Source: Azolla caroliniana | Taxonomy: Eukaryota; Plantae; Polypodiophyta | Assembly: GCA_043228905.1 (NCBI GenBank) | Contig: JBHGNT010000008.1 | Location: forward strand, 496,001-560,000 | Direction: 5' to 3' | DNA length: 64,000 nt | In this document: one piece after another, positions 26,780 to 40,634 of the stretch | Layout of the letters: every line of letters starts with the position of its first letter | Position numbering within the stretch: the first letter of the stretch is position 1 | Notes under the pieces: generated by a model | Database searches by the model: none | The model's input: the letters and a program-made list of their open reading frames with translations, nothing else | Told to the model about the DNA's origin: nothing | Position numbers and translations under genes: made by a program

Positions 26780-28921
26780 TGTCATGTGGTTTTTCACACA
26801 CGATATGAAAACTAGTAAAACAATTATTTAAGATTAGCTTAATGTATTCATATAGATAAATGTCGTGTGTTTTTTCACACACGATATGAAAACTAGTAAA
26901 ACAATTATTTAAGATTAGCTTAATGTATTTATACAGATAGATGTCTTCAAAAGCTTCATAGCGTATTTTACTATGCATGAAACGGATAAACAAGTATCAA
27001 GTAATGTGAGTGTGAAGTTTGAATAAGAAGAAAGAAAAGACAAAACTATGAGATATCCCTCATAGATAGGACAACATTGGAACCCAAGATATATAAGGGA
27101 AACCAAGACATTGAAACCAAAACATTGGAACCCAAGATATATAAGATATATTCTATCAATTTGTGGAGCACAGAATGTTCAAGGTGACTTGGGCTACATT
27201 GTGTGGTGTGCACGGTTGCGCGGATGTTTCGGACGGACACGTGTGTGCGGACGAGCGTGCGGATGCATATGCATACACAACGCGGTTGCTTCGGGCGTAC
27301 GCACGTGTGCACGGTTGCGCGGACGTTTCGGATGGACGTGTGTGTGCAGACAAGCACATGGATGCGTACACGGTGCGGTCGAGACGCGCGCATGCGTGGC
27401 TGTGTACACTGCGGCGAGGTCGAGGCTTTTGCGTGCAGACGCGTTGACGTTTCAAATGGACGCGTGTGTGCAGACGAGTGCGCGGATGCGCACACGGCGC
27501 GATCGTGACGTGCACATGCGTGGATGCGTACACTACACGGTTGGGACTTTTGCACGCGGACGCGTCTACGGTTTGGTTGCGACGCACGTTGTCGTGCCTT
27601 TCGGCTCCGGATCGTTGCGTGAGTCGGGTGGGAACCGCCGAGGTTTTTGACTAGGAGGAAGAGGAATACAACTTAAGGCTAGTTATGAATAGTGGAAAGA
27701 GAAGTAAGATAGCAATCTCGTGAATCCCACGAGTTTAGTGTATTTAAAACAATATTTAGATTATAAGAGTAATTTAGATGGCAAAATTCGTGAATCCCAC
27801 GAATATATTAGATTGATCAGTCCTTGTATATTAATCAACAACCTTATACATATTTCTCTCCTCCTTATATAAAGATGGAAGAGGCTAAGCATGGCTTCAT
27901 GCTTTTTCACCAAAAGTGTCCATGCACACTAAATGTGCATGTGATGCTTTGTCATTTCCTAAGTATAGGGCTCATGCACGCTAGATGTGCATGAGTCACT
28001 TTTAATGTCACGTGTAAATAAAATATTCACACCCTAAAGAATACATGATTTTTACCTTTTAATAAAGGTATGTGTAAATAAAGGTCTTATATGTATTAAA
28101 TCTATATGTATAACACTAAAGATAAGTTATTACAATGGTAAAGTTGGGGTTTATCTACGTGGAGGTGCAGGGTTCGAATCTTGCCTTATGCACGTGATAA
28201 ATGTTTTGATATATTATTTATTTATTTATATGTATCTAAAATCGATAAATTATTTTATGGTTTTCACGTAGTGTGTGGAATACGCTACGACAACGTACGG
28301 ATTGTGCACGGGCTAAACTTTATGGATGATTGGGTCATTTGGCCAAATTATACAGACGGTCGCATGCAACTAAAAGCCAAGGCCATGCAACTAAAAGTAA
28401 AAGGCATGCAACTAAAAATGGAAGCATGCAACTAAAAATAGAGGTCATGCAACTAAAAGTGGACATGCAAAGTAACATTGGGGAGGAGGATTAACAAGGA
28501 GCTGGATATGTGTTCCATTTTTTTCCCTCTACTTTTTTTTTCTCTTCCTTCTTCTTCTTCTCTCTCCCATTACCTGGGGGGAAAATTATCTCTCAGATTG
28601 ATATCAAACTCTTGGTTTAGCTTGCTCAATCTTTCTTGTCAAAAATTATCTCTCATATTCATATTGGACCACTCCTTACATGGTTGTTGGCTCCTTTCTT
28701 TAAAAAAATTTATCTCTCATTTTCATCTCCAACCCGTTGTAACAAGATTCTTGAATTATAAAAGAATCTATTTTCTTATGCTATAAACGAACGTTTTCTC
28801 TCATTTACTTGACTTATATGTGAATTTTGCTTGTGTTGTACATGTTGCACTAAATCCTTCTAGTCCAGAACCCCGGCGGTTCTGCCTGGCGATCCGCACA
28901 TAGTGACGGATTTTCATGACA
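26780..28921 (+). mobile_element. 2.1-kb solo-LTR-like insertion related to the G3 LTRs
   Basis: TGTCATG..CATGACA perfect 7-bp inverted ends; flanks ACAG/ACGG. Shares the 5' block and gacggtcgcatgcaactaaa repeats with the G3 LTR; GC-rich degenerate repeat at 27200-27600. Confidence 0.82.
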
Positions 28922-29581
28922 ACGGGGAACACTCCATCATCTTTGGGGCGTGACCAACGGTGGACGTCGTGGTCTCGGCAACCCACTTGACTCGAAGCCC
29001 ACAAAGCTTAAGAACTCCACCATCCGTCTCCCTAGTCCATGACCCCTACGGTCCCACCTAAGATCCTACACGTACCCACGGAAAACCGCGACAATGCGTA
29101 CAACAACTCGAAGCAACCATCGTAGCGTTACAACAACAGGGATCAAGTCCCCAAGGACTTCATAAAGAGCCCAAGATTGGTCTTCCTGTGAAATTCGATG
29201 GAACGCGCTCACAATTCCGAGGAATCCTTAATCAAGTATGCTTAGTCATGCAAATGCATCCTTCTTGATACCCCATTGATGCATCCCGAGTAAGCCTAAT
29301 AGGCACGTTGCTCAACGGCTCAACCTTGGCATGGTTTGCTCCGCTTTTGGAAAAACAATCTCCCTCGGTTAATAACTTTGAAGACTTTATTAGCGAGTTT
29401 AAAGCCTGCTTTGGAGATACCGACAGCATTTGGACGACAATTAACAAAATCTGACGATTGTGTGAAGGCGATCGTCCAGTCTCTGCCTACACGACGGATT
29501 TCCATCTACTCGCCTCAGATATCCCCTGGGATGATCAAGCACTAATGGAACAGTTGTGCTACGGCCTGCTAAACGACGTCA

Positions 29582-30071
29582 AAGATTTACTTTTAACCTT
29601 TCTTGAAGAACCAAAATCTCTTACAGAGGCAATCAGTCGAGCGGTCTGATGCAACGACCACCTTTTCAAACGACGTTCGGAACATCAATTTCAAATGCCA
29701 TGGACTAGGCCAGAGCCCACATACGCCTTAGTCGCAGCTAAACCGGTTGCATGAGATGTATCTCAGGCAAATACTCTGACGCCGATGGAGATCGACACCA
29801 TGCATCGACGTGGCCCATTATCGGAAGATTTACTTTTAACCTTTCCTGAAGAACCAAAATCTCTTACAGAGGAAATCAGTTGAGCGGTCCGATGCGACGA
29901 CCGCCTTTTCGAACGATGTTCGGAACGTCAATTTCAAATGCCACGGATTAGGCTAGAGCCCACATACGCCTCAATCGCAGCTAAACTGGTTGCACGAGAT
30001 GTATTTTAGGCAAATACTCTGATGCCGATGGAGATCGACACCATGCATCGATGTGGCCCATTATCGGAAGA
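29582..30071 (+). repeat. 243-bp tandem duplication within T2 gag
   Basis: AAGATTTACTTTTAACC at 29582 and 29825; AAGA again at 30068. Confidence 0.93.
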
Positions 30072-30864
30072 AGAAAAGGAACGACGATGTGCAAATCGAT
30101 TATGTCTTTATTGCGGTGGACTAGGCCATATCGTCATCAACTGTCCCCATAGGCCAAGAAGACAAGTAAATCAAATCGTAGCCTGTACTAAACCCGAGTC
30201 AATTCCCTTAGGAGTGTCTGATAGTATTAATAGTACTGATAGCCCAACTATCTCAAACAAATTTGAAATCCTTAGTCATATAGAGGAAGAGTTAAACGAC
30301 TAAGTCCAGCCAAAATAGGAGTTGTTTGGTGGACAACCCTAGATCTGTGCAGCCCATTAGTGGTTCCATTCCCTCTAAGCAAGTTAGCAATGTGTTGTTA
30401 GCCCAAGTCATGATTAGTACTAAAAGTACACCTCCAGTACATGTCTTAGCACTTTTAAATTCCGGAGCCAATTCCTGTTTCATGGATCGGAATTTTGCCC
30501 AAGCTTCTCAGATATCCTTAAGAAAACTTCCTTGCCCCGCATCTGTAATAGTCATTGATGGTCATCCCATTGCTTCTGGGAATATTGTAGAAAAGTCCGA
30601 ACCCATTCAGGTTTTCCTAGAGAGCTTTGTGTGTGTGGTATCATTGAATATAATTAGTAGTCCAGAGCATCCCATTGTCTTGGGATTACCTTGGTTTGAA
30701 GTACATAATCCAAACATAGATTGGAGAACAAAAGAAGTCCGGTATCGACAACACCGAGAAGCTACTCATCGAGTTTTGACCATTTCGCTCCATCAATTAC
30801 GCGAAGAAGGACGCAAGGAGTCAATGTTTCTATTTGGAATATCAGTACATCCTTCCAGCACTAT

Positions 30865-33800
30865 TGTTGAGAGACAAGCTCAACATTTGTGCGTAATCTG
30901 ATGCGTAAAGCCGGTACGCAGACCGGTGCGTTGGAAGGCCGTATCGGTGCGTAGATTGAAAGGCCGTTAGAAAGATATTCCTCGTAAGGAATAGTTTTGG
31001 GAGCAAGTGTCGAGGCTCATTTATGAGCAATCAACTACTTATGTCAGCCCATTGTCAAGGCTTGTATAAAAGTGCTCATTGAGCACATCCTATGTACAGA
31101 TTGAGTATTATTTTTTGAATTGTGTTCTTGTGTTTACTCTCTCTCTGTCTCTCCCATGAGTACTGTGCAAACCTAACCTTTCCATTAAACCTGCGTTTTC
31201 GGTTGTTCGGTTTTCCTACATTGCTTCCGCACGCCATTCTTTTCATGGTATCAGAGCGCGAGGGTTGAGAACCTCTGCACCTGACTTTGCTTGAAGAAAA
31301 AAAAAAAAACCAACGAAAAAGAACAAGAAAACCAATGGACAGAGGAATGGCTAGCTCGCTTCCAACGGAGAAGCTCGACAGAACCAACTACAGATCTTGG
31401 TCCTACAAGATGCACCAGTACCTGCTCGGACACAGTTACTGGAGCTATGTCGATGGAGCAAATGACACAGCACCCGATTCGACACACAAAGACTTCTCGG
31501 CGTGGGAACAATCGGCGAGCAGAGTGTTGTACTGCTTCGCGTCTTGTGTGGGCGAACAACTGTTAAGCTACGTTCCGGATGCAAAAACGCCAAAGGGTGC
31601 GTGGGAAAATCTGAAGAAAATCTTCGCCACGAGCACCACAGCCCAGAAGCTTCCACTTTGACAGGAGTTGAGCAACCTATGGCAACGCGATTTGTTGGTG
31701 GTTGACTATACCTCGAGGATTAAGGACATATGCGACTCCTTAGCTTCCATTGATGTGAACATCGAGGAGAGCGAGATGGTCCAGGTCTGTCTTGGGGGTT
31801 TGGCGTCGAAGTTCTGGGCGTTCCGAACTGCTTTGTGTACCCGAGAGAATACGCCATCCTTTTTCGACTTACAGTTGATGCTCCTGGTAGAGGAGGACCA
31901 CACGTGTGCGTCAACGAGCACGCACACCGATAGCAAGATGTTGTACATGGAGGGAGATAGGCCTCGTGGTCATGGTGGACGCGGCGAGTCGGTACGCAAT
32001 GGAGGAGGTCGACGGGCTCAAGGAAGAAGGCACCGAAGTGATGCCGACAACAATTCCAAACCCTCCAGAAACAGGGGGAGTCGAGGCGACGAGAACCAGC
32101 AAGGGAACTCCGCCGCGGAATGCTGGTACTGTGGCAAGAAAGGCCACAGGGAGAGCGAGTGCTGGAAAAAACGTGCCGATTCGGAGAGAACCGGGTCTGG
32201 AACATGTTCCGAACAGACCGAGAAAGGAAATCGGCAATGATCGCACTACACAGAAGGATCCAGAGAAGTCAAAAAAGGGTCAGTTTTCGTGACGAGACAC
32301 GAAGCAAACTCAATGAGGCAGAACACCCCGAAATCGGATGAGGTGTGGTACGTCGACTCCGGCACGTCAAATCACATGACGAGCCATAAGGAGTGGTTCT
32401 CGTACCTAGAAAAACCGATGCAACCGGGAGTAGTCGCAACCGGTGACGACACTCCGCATCCGATCGCGAATGTCGGAGAAGTTCCCCTGAGCCATGTCGG
32501 GCAGAGAGGGAAACTCATGAACGTGCTACACGTTCCGACAATCACGAAGAACTTGGTGTCGGTCGAACAGATCGTTGACCAAGGGACGGAGGTCTGGTTT
32601 ACGCACCTCGGGTGCTTCATTGAGGAAGAAGGCCGTATTATTGCGTAAGGGCGCAGAGATGGGAGAATGTTTATCCTCGACTCTACTGACGGTGGCACCG
32701 CAATGTTCGCGAAGGGACAAAAAGTTGAGTCGGACATCGACTGATGGCACCAACGGATAGGCCACGTCAACTACCATCGGTTTCAAGACCTGCAATCAAA
32801 ACAAGTAGTGTTCGGATTGCCCAAATTTAGTAGTCGGAAGGCACAAATTTGTGAAGCCTACCAGCTTGGGAAGCAACACCGACTTCCCTTCCCCAACGAG
32901 CGTAACCGGAGCTGGAACAAGCTCGATGTGATACACTCCGATGTGTGGGGGCCGGCACAAAACGTTAGTCTTGGCGGGAGCCGATATTTCGTCTCCTTCA
33001 TCGACGACTATGCGCAGCACATGTGGATCTACCTCATTGAGAGGAAGAGTGAAGTCTTCGACTGTTTCCGGGACCTTAAAGGGTTTGTGGAAACGGAAAC
33101 GGGAAGAAAGATCAAGTGCCTGCGATCGGATGGCGGAAAAGAATACTTTTCCGGTCAATTCAACGGTTATCTACAACAGATGGGAATTCGGCGCGAATTC
33201 AATTGTAGATACACGCCGGAGCAAAACGGCATGGCCGAGAGGAAAAATCGGTCGGTTGTGGAAGCGGCACGGGCAATGCTGGAAGAAAAGAGCTTGCCCA
33301 AGTTCTATTGGGCCGAGGCGGTAAGGACCGCGGTATACATCCAAAATCGGATTGGAGAAAAAGTGTCGGCTCACGAGCTATACTTCGGAACGAAGCCGAA
33401 CTTGCGACACTTCAAGTTTTCGGTAGCATTGCGTATGTGCATGTGTGGAAGGAGAAAAGCAGGAAGTTGGACGCAAAAGCTTAGAAGAGTATCTTGGTCG
33501 GCTATTCGGACAAGCAGAAGGGTTATAAGTGCTATAACCCGCGTACCAAACAAGCGCGCGTGAGCCGCAACGTTGTGTTTGATGAGTCCGCGTCCTGGTA
33601 CTTGCCTCCGACTCCGGACCTAACCTCCAATCCGAGTTCTGACGATGAGGATAGTCCGGCTGAGCCTGAAATCGGGACCCCCAAAGAGAGTCTGATTTCG
33701 TTTCAGTTAAGTGGACCAAATGGACGACTGTGTCGGTACGACCAGTCCGATGAAGAGTCGGCGAGTAGTGAAGACTCGGCCATGCATTCCCCGCGTAGGA

Positions 33801-36422
33801 AGCCTAGGAGACAGCTTACGCGCAAAGAGAAAGGAAAGAAGAAGGTGTTGGATTCCGGCACGGATAGGAACGAGTTAGACCGACGCGAGTCCGACTCCGA
33901 GGGAAGCAGCGATGGGCATTTAGGAGCAAAGTCCGCGTCGGCCGAGAAGACCTCGACATCGGCTAATGAACGATTACGCCGATCTACCCGCCAAAAGAAC
34001 CCAGTTGTGCGGTTCGGATACAACGAGTACATGGCGCATCATTATGCGTACATGACCCATGTAGCGGAAGTGCGTGAGCCGTAGAGCTACGTAGAAGCGG
34101 CGAAGGACGCGAATTGGCCCACCGCGATGGAGGAAGAGATGCACGCATTGGCGGAAAACGAGACCTGGGACCTGGTTGACGCACCGAAGGGTGTGAAGCC
34201 GATCGGATGTAGGTGGGTGTACAAGGTCAAGTACAACACCGACAGCTCTGTCAACCGGTACAAGGCCCGGTTAGTGGCAAAAGGCTACGCGCAGAAACAC
34301 GGTGTCGACTACGATAAGACGTTCGCACCGGTTGCGAAGATGACGACCGTTCGTGTTTTGGTCGCGGTAACCGTGGCCAAGGGGTGGCACTTACATCAGG
34401 TGGATGTAAAGAATGCATTCCTGCAAGGTGAGCATGAGGACCAAGTGTACATGGTACAGCCCCCCGGATTTCACTCCGGAACGAACACGTCGGCAGTGTG
34501 CCGATTGAAGAAGTCCCTTTACGAACTAAGGCAAGCCCCGCATGCCTGGAATGTGAAGATCACGGATCGGCTGCATTGGATGGGCTTTGCGACGTCCAAA
34601 TCGGACTCCTCGTTGTTCATTCGGAAAGGTCGACTCGGGCCGGTCAGTATTTTACTCTATGTTGATGACTTGGTCATCACCGGCTCCAGCTTGCGGCATC
34701 ATTTGACATGAAGGATCTAGGGGACCTTCATTACTTCCTCGGGATCGAAGTGATCCACACCCCCGAAGGCATACTGATCAGCCAACATCATTACGCGCGG
34801 AATATGCTCTTCAAATTCGGGATGGCCGACTATAAGTCCGTCTCGACTCCTCTGGATAGAACTATGAAGCTTCGCCCCAATTCCGGCAAGGTTTGCGATC
34901 TGACAAGGTTCCGACAAATTGTCGGAAGCCTTATCTACTTGACAATCACCCGACCCAATCTCTGTTACCCGGTCGAAGTGATTAGTCAATTTATGGCGCA
35001 ACCTACCGAGGAGCACCTTCAGTGTGCACAACGCGTACTGCGGTACGTAAGCGGCACTAAGGACCGGGTACTGCTATATCGGACCGATACAGCCCCGTAG
35101 TTGGTCGGCTACACCGATGCCGACTGGGCTGGCAATGTCGGCGATCGCCGATCCACGTCCGGATACGCGTTCTCTCTTGGGAATGCCGCGATAGCGTGGA
35201 GTAGCAAGAAGCAGCCGACAGTTGCACTGTCGAGCACCGAAGCTGAGTATCGAGGAGCGGCTATCACGACATGCAAAGCCATATGATTGAAGCGGCTACT
35301 TAAGGATCTGCAGGTGGAGGTGTCCGATCCGACGATGATCTACTGCGACAACCTCAGCAGCATCCAACTCGCGAAGAACCCCATCTTCCACACATGGACC
35401 AAGCATATTGAGGTGCATTACCATTTTATCCGTGAGCGTGTCCTTTCTGGTGAAGTCGAACTTCAGTATGTTCTGATGGATCGGCAGACCGCCGACATCT
35501 TCACCAAGCCTCTTGGTCTGGACAAGTTATGGCAATTCTCGGGTGCGCTTGGGTTGCGTCACCTCGACATGCCAAACTTGAGGGGGAGAAATGTCCCAGA
35601 TGACCCGCGGAGAGCAGATCCGCGGAAGAGTCCGAAAGCGGACATAAGGGGAGTAGCCGAAAGAAAATGCCAGAGCCAACCAGGCATGGGGGAGTTGACG
35701 TCGTCAAAGGCGAGAAGACCGAAGACGAGTTGGAGTCAGCCAACTCTGAAGAGAGCGAAAACCGATCGGAGGTAGCCAAGTCGGTTCGGATGTTTGATTC
35801 AAATACACTGAATCAACCGAGAGCCAAGCGGAAAAGAAGGCAGCAAGAGAAGTGTCGACACCGCGACAACAAGGGAGTTGTGAAGGGCCGTGGGAGGAGA
35901 CAAGCCAACCAGAAGGGTCGAAGTGCGCGGAGTCAAACAGGCCGAGGAGCGTGAGCAAGGCGTGTAGCCAGGAGAAGCCGGAGTGTAGATCCGGTAGAGC
36001 AGGCGGAACCTCAAGTTGAGCTTGAGGGGGAGTGTTGAGAGACAAGCTCAACATTTGTGTGTAATCCGATGCGTAAAGCCGGTACGCAGACCAGTGCGTA
36101 GGAAGGTCGTATCGGTGCGTAGACCAAAAGGCCGTTAGAAAGATATTCCTCGTAAGGAATAGTTTTGGGAGCAAGTGTTGAGGCTCATTTATGAGCAATC
36201 AAGTATCGTCAGTACTTATGTCAGCCCATTGTCAGGGCTTGTATAAAAGTGCTCATTGAGCACATCCTATGTACAGATTGAGTATTATTTTTTGAATTGT
36301 GTTCTTGTGTTTACTCTCTCTCTGTCTCACCCATGAGTACTGTGCAAACCTAACCTTTCCATTAAACCTGCGTTTTCTGTTGTTCGGTTTTCCTACATTG
36401 CTTCCGCACGCCATTCTTTTCA
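30865..36422 (+). mobile_element. Ty1/Copia element 'K2', full length, decayed, related to K1
   Basis: LTRs 30865-31245 and 36033-36422; TSD ACTAT; PBS TGGTATCAGAGC at 31246-31257. CCHC knuckle CWYCGKKGHRESEC; IN, RT and RNase H closely similar to K1. Confidence 0.96.
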
Positions 36423-39400
36423 ACTATTAAAAAGGAATCCTTAGTTCAACTTCCCGCGAAATATCATCCTTATGCTGATGTATTTGACAAGGTCAAAGAT
36501 GGTACTCTTCCTCATCATCGTCCCTATGATTGTCCTATCGATTTACAACCAGAAACAGAGCCAGCGTGGGGACCGATTTACAACTGTTCACCAACTGATT
36601 TACAACTGTTCATCTTCAGGCCTACATAGAAAAAATTTGGCAAACGGGTTTATTCGTCATTCGAAATCTCCAGCCGGTGCACCCATTTTCTTTGTCAAAA
36701 AGAAAGATGGATCCCTTCATCTTGTCGTTGATTACCGCAGCTTGAATAAGGTCACCATTCAAAATAGGTATGCACTTCCCCTTATATCAAGTCTATTAGA
36801 ACGTGTAAATGGTGCCATGTTTTTTACAAAAATTGACTTACGAGGAGCATATAACCTCGTGCGGATCTGATCGGGAGATGAATGGAAGACCGCTTTTTGC
36901 ACCCAATATGGGCACTTCGAGTATACCGTTATGTCGTTCGGTCTAATCAATGCACTCACAGTCTTCCAGCACATGACAAATGATATATTCAGAGATTTCT
37001 TGGATATCTGTTTGATCATCTATCTGGATGATCTATTGATTTATTCGAAGACCTAGGAAGAGCATGATTCTCATGTACTATTAGTACTAAAACGACTCCA
37101 AGAGCATGGTCTTTATGCCAAACTAGAAAAATGTAGCTTTGACTGCAAGCATGTGGAATTTCTAGGCTACGTCATCTCCTAAAAAGGCATCTCCATGGAT
37201 CCAACTAAAGTCCAAACTGTGCTAGAGTGGCAAACTCCACGTTCGTTACGAGATGTGCAATGTTTCCTAGGCTTTGCCAACTTCTACCGCAAGTTTATAC
37301 AAGATTACTCGAAGATTATTTTTCCTCTCACATAGCTTACCAAGAAGGGACAGTCATTTCTTTGGTCCAATGACGCGGACATGGCTTTTATGCATCTTAA
37401 GAAAGCCTTTACATCAGCTCCTATTCTAGCTCATGTGGATACAAACAAACCATTCTTCATGGAGGCCAACGCATCAGATTTCGCCCTCGGTAGCATCCTT
37501 TCACAACAAGGAGATAGAGAAAAGTTACATCCTATGGCTTTCCAATCACGCAAATTTGATGTTGCGGAAATTAACTACGAGATACATGACAAGGAGTTAT
37601 TAGCCATTGTGGATTCGTTTGTGCAATGGCGGCACTTCGTAGAGGGCTCTTCTCATCAAGTCATCTTCTTCAGTGATCACAAAAATCTTGCTTACTTCCA
37701 AAACCCTCGTGTACTAAATCAACGGCAAGCTCAATGGGCCCAATTCCTCACGCGTTTTGACTTCAAAATCACATATCGGCGAGGAATCAACAAGGAAAAG
37801 CAGATGCACTATCGCGACATTCATATCTTGCACCTCGTCCGGGTGATCCAACATTTGATAATCAAAAGCAGGTAATCTTGGGACCAACACGTTTGCACAC
37901 AACACGGATTTTTCACACTCCACTAGATTCCCGGATTATCGATGCCATATGTGCCAACTTGAAGACAGATAGTTTTGCTCAAGCCATTCTAGCGAAAATT
38001 GATGCCTCTCAAGCATCCTGTTCCCAGTCTCAACAACCAGGTATGGACTACCGACAATTCAAATATCATGATGGTTTATTATTCTTTAAAAAGCTCGTGT
38101 ATGTTCCCGATTGCTCCTGTCACCTTCAAATCGTCCAAAATTGTCATGACACCCATACAGTTGGACATTTCGGCAGTACTAAGACGTTGGATCTAGTTCG
38201 ACAATCCTTTTGGTGGCCCCATATGCGACGTTTTGTCGACGACTATGTTCGGACCTATGATGCTTGTGGCCGAGCAAAGATGCCACGACATAATCCATAT
38301 GGCTTGTTGGAATCCTTACCAATTCCAAGTAAGTCGTGGCTGTCCATTGGTCTTGATTTTATCACAGATCTTCCAATCTCGAAGGGTTTCGATGCTATCT
38401 TAACCGTCATCAATCAATATACTAAGATGGCACATTTTGTGCCTTGTACTAAGGCCATCACTAGTGAGGAAACCACAACCTTTCTGATGTGTGAGGTATT
38501 TCGGCATCATGGCTTCCCAAACAGTATCATCAGTGACCGAGGACCTCAATTCATCTCTAAATTTTGGAAGCATCTCTTCAAGATGCTCAAGGTCTCTTGC
38601 AACCTCTCCTCCGGCTACCATCCCCAAACTGATGGGCAAGCAGAACGAATGAATCAAACGCTGGAACAATATCTTCAGTGTTTTCTGAGTTATCCATAGG
38701 ACGATTGGGTTGATATTCTCCACTTTCGGAGTTTGCTTATAACAACGCTATTCACTCCTCGACTCAGGTCTCGCCATTCTACACTTATACCGGTTCTCAT
38801 TCTCGTTGGTTTGTGATTGACACTCCATAGCTACCTACCAATTCTCGTGTCGAGGATCATCAAGAGAGGCTACGCAAGATTCAGATGGATCTATCTATTC
38901 ATCTTCATCATGCTCAACACACTCAGAGGCTTCCCTCCTCTTTTGCCATCAGAGATCGAGTATGGATCTTACATCGTCACATCAAGACAACTCGACCTTT
39001 GCAACAAATTGGATTATTGACAACTCAGTCCTTTCCATATTACTGGCAAGATTAATGATGTCACATTCCGCCTTGATCTTCCTCTGCACCTTCAGATACA
39101 TCCAGTCTTCCATAGTTCTCTTCTCGAACCTTATCAAACCAACACTATTCCCGATCGTGTTACACCACCACTGCCCTGGAGTATGAAGTTGTTGTCATCC
39201 TCGACTCCAAGTTTGTTCGCAACGAACTTTATTATTTGATCGATTGGCTTCGACTATAGTCCGAGCGAACATACTTGGGAACCCGTCGAGCATGTTGCCA
39301 ATGCTCAAGATCTTCGAACAAACCCGGTGTCGTGTGAATCTTCACACACTATGTAAAAAATAATGAAATAATTATTATAGATTAGATTAGTAGCTTACTA

Positions 39401-39644
39401 TAGAAAGATGGATATACTCAAGAGCTTCAAAATGTATTTTACTGTATACAAAATGGAGAAATACATATCAAGTTATGTGAAAATAAAGTTTGAGAAGATA
39501 GAGAAATTAGAACTATCCCACATAGATAGGAAACTTAAGGCCCTGGCTATATAACCACCTTGAGCTCCCTCATTTTTCATTTGTTCTAAGAGCAGTTTGG
39601 CCACTTTGTCTTGATGGATGATGGTGGCCAAATTCCCTAAATCC

Positions 39645-39888
39645 AGAAACCGACCGGTAAACAAATTCGGAACCGGAACCGGCAAGCAAAACCGGAACCG
39701 GAATCGGTATGCAAACCGGAAACAAGCAAAACTGGAACCGGAACCGGTATGCAAACCGGAAACCGGCCGGTAAGCAAAACCGGAACCGGACCTGGCATGC
39801 AAACCGGAACCGGCCGGCAAACAAAACCGGAACTGGAACCGGCAAGCAAACCGGAACCGGTCGGCAAGCAAAATGGAACCGGCCGGCG
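39645..39888. repeat. AACCGG/CAAACCGG-rich minisatellite in the G3 5' LTR
   Basis: Degenerate accggaaccggcaagcaaa units. Confidence 0.9.
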
Positions 39889-40585
39889 AGGGATTCGGTG
39901 ATCGGGCGGAACCGGCGACCGTACGAGGTTGGACGCAAATCGAACGGATAAAAGGATCATGTGGCTATTTAAAGAAAGGTAAAAGAGACTAAAGTAAAGG
40001 TCAAGTGGACGGTCGCATGCAACTAAAGAAAAAGCCATGCAACTAAAAATAGATTTAACGAAAAGAAAAGTTATGCAACTAAAAGTAGAGGCCATGCAAC
40101 AAAAAGTGGAGGCATATGATCAACGAGGAACTCCATATATAATTCCATTTATTTATTTTTTCCTAGACTCATATGCTCTCTCCATATTATATTGTTCTTC
40201 TTTTCCTTCGGAGCTCTCTTATCTTATCGAAGCCAAGAACCCTAAATTTCCTTACGGAAGTCATAAACCCTAATTTCCTAATCAAAGCCATATAACTCAA
40301 AAACCCTAATTTTCGAATTGAAGCTAAAAACCCTAATATTCTAATTAAATCCATATTTCATTTCTTCTAGTCTATTACTCTAGTCATCTCCATTAGCAAA
40401 TTTTTGTAATCCCAATCTTGGGATTAATTGTAATCTTTCTTTCCCTTTATTAATGAAATTTGTGAATCTTTCTCATTTTGTATTAATTGCTTAATATAAT
40501 CATACGAATCTGATATCTTCCGGTCGGAGGCCCCGGGGTCCTACCTCAAAGTTCACATATCCTCGTCCTATTTCTACGACATCTT

Positions 40586-40603
40586 TGGTGAACCCGACAT
40601 GAA
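40586..40603 (+). promoter_or_regulatory. Primer binding site complementary to tRNA-Trp (G3)
   Basis: TGGTGAACCCGACATGAA after a TCTT spacer. Confidence 0.82.
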
Positions 40604-40634
40604 ATGACGCAGTAGGAGGATATCAAGTACGAAG

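Larger units (their letters stand above)
12808..29093 (+). mobile_element. Non-autonomous LTR element 'N1' of the tRNA-Trp lineage, inserted in T2 gag
   Basis: 5' LTR 12808-13262 (TGTCGT..CACGACA, internally deleted); PBS 13267-13284; 3' LTR 25908-29093 (interrupted). 4-bp TSD ATGC; removal restores the in-frame gag ELELC|VQQLE. No pol in its ~2.9 kb of own internal sequence. Confidence 0.85.

Noticed and set aside
27046-27654. Overlapping Cys/Arg/His-rich ORFs
   Set aside because: Stop-poor degenerate repeat inside a solo LTR; no domain signature.
39473-40095. ORFs with RFRFCLP/TGTGK repeats (also 46362-47036)
   Set aside because: Translations of the LTR minisatellite, open in several frames on both strands.
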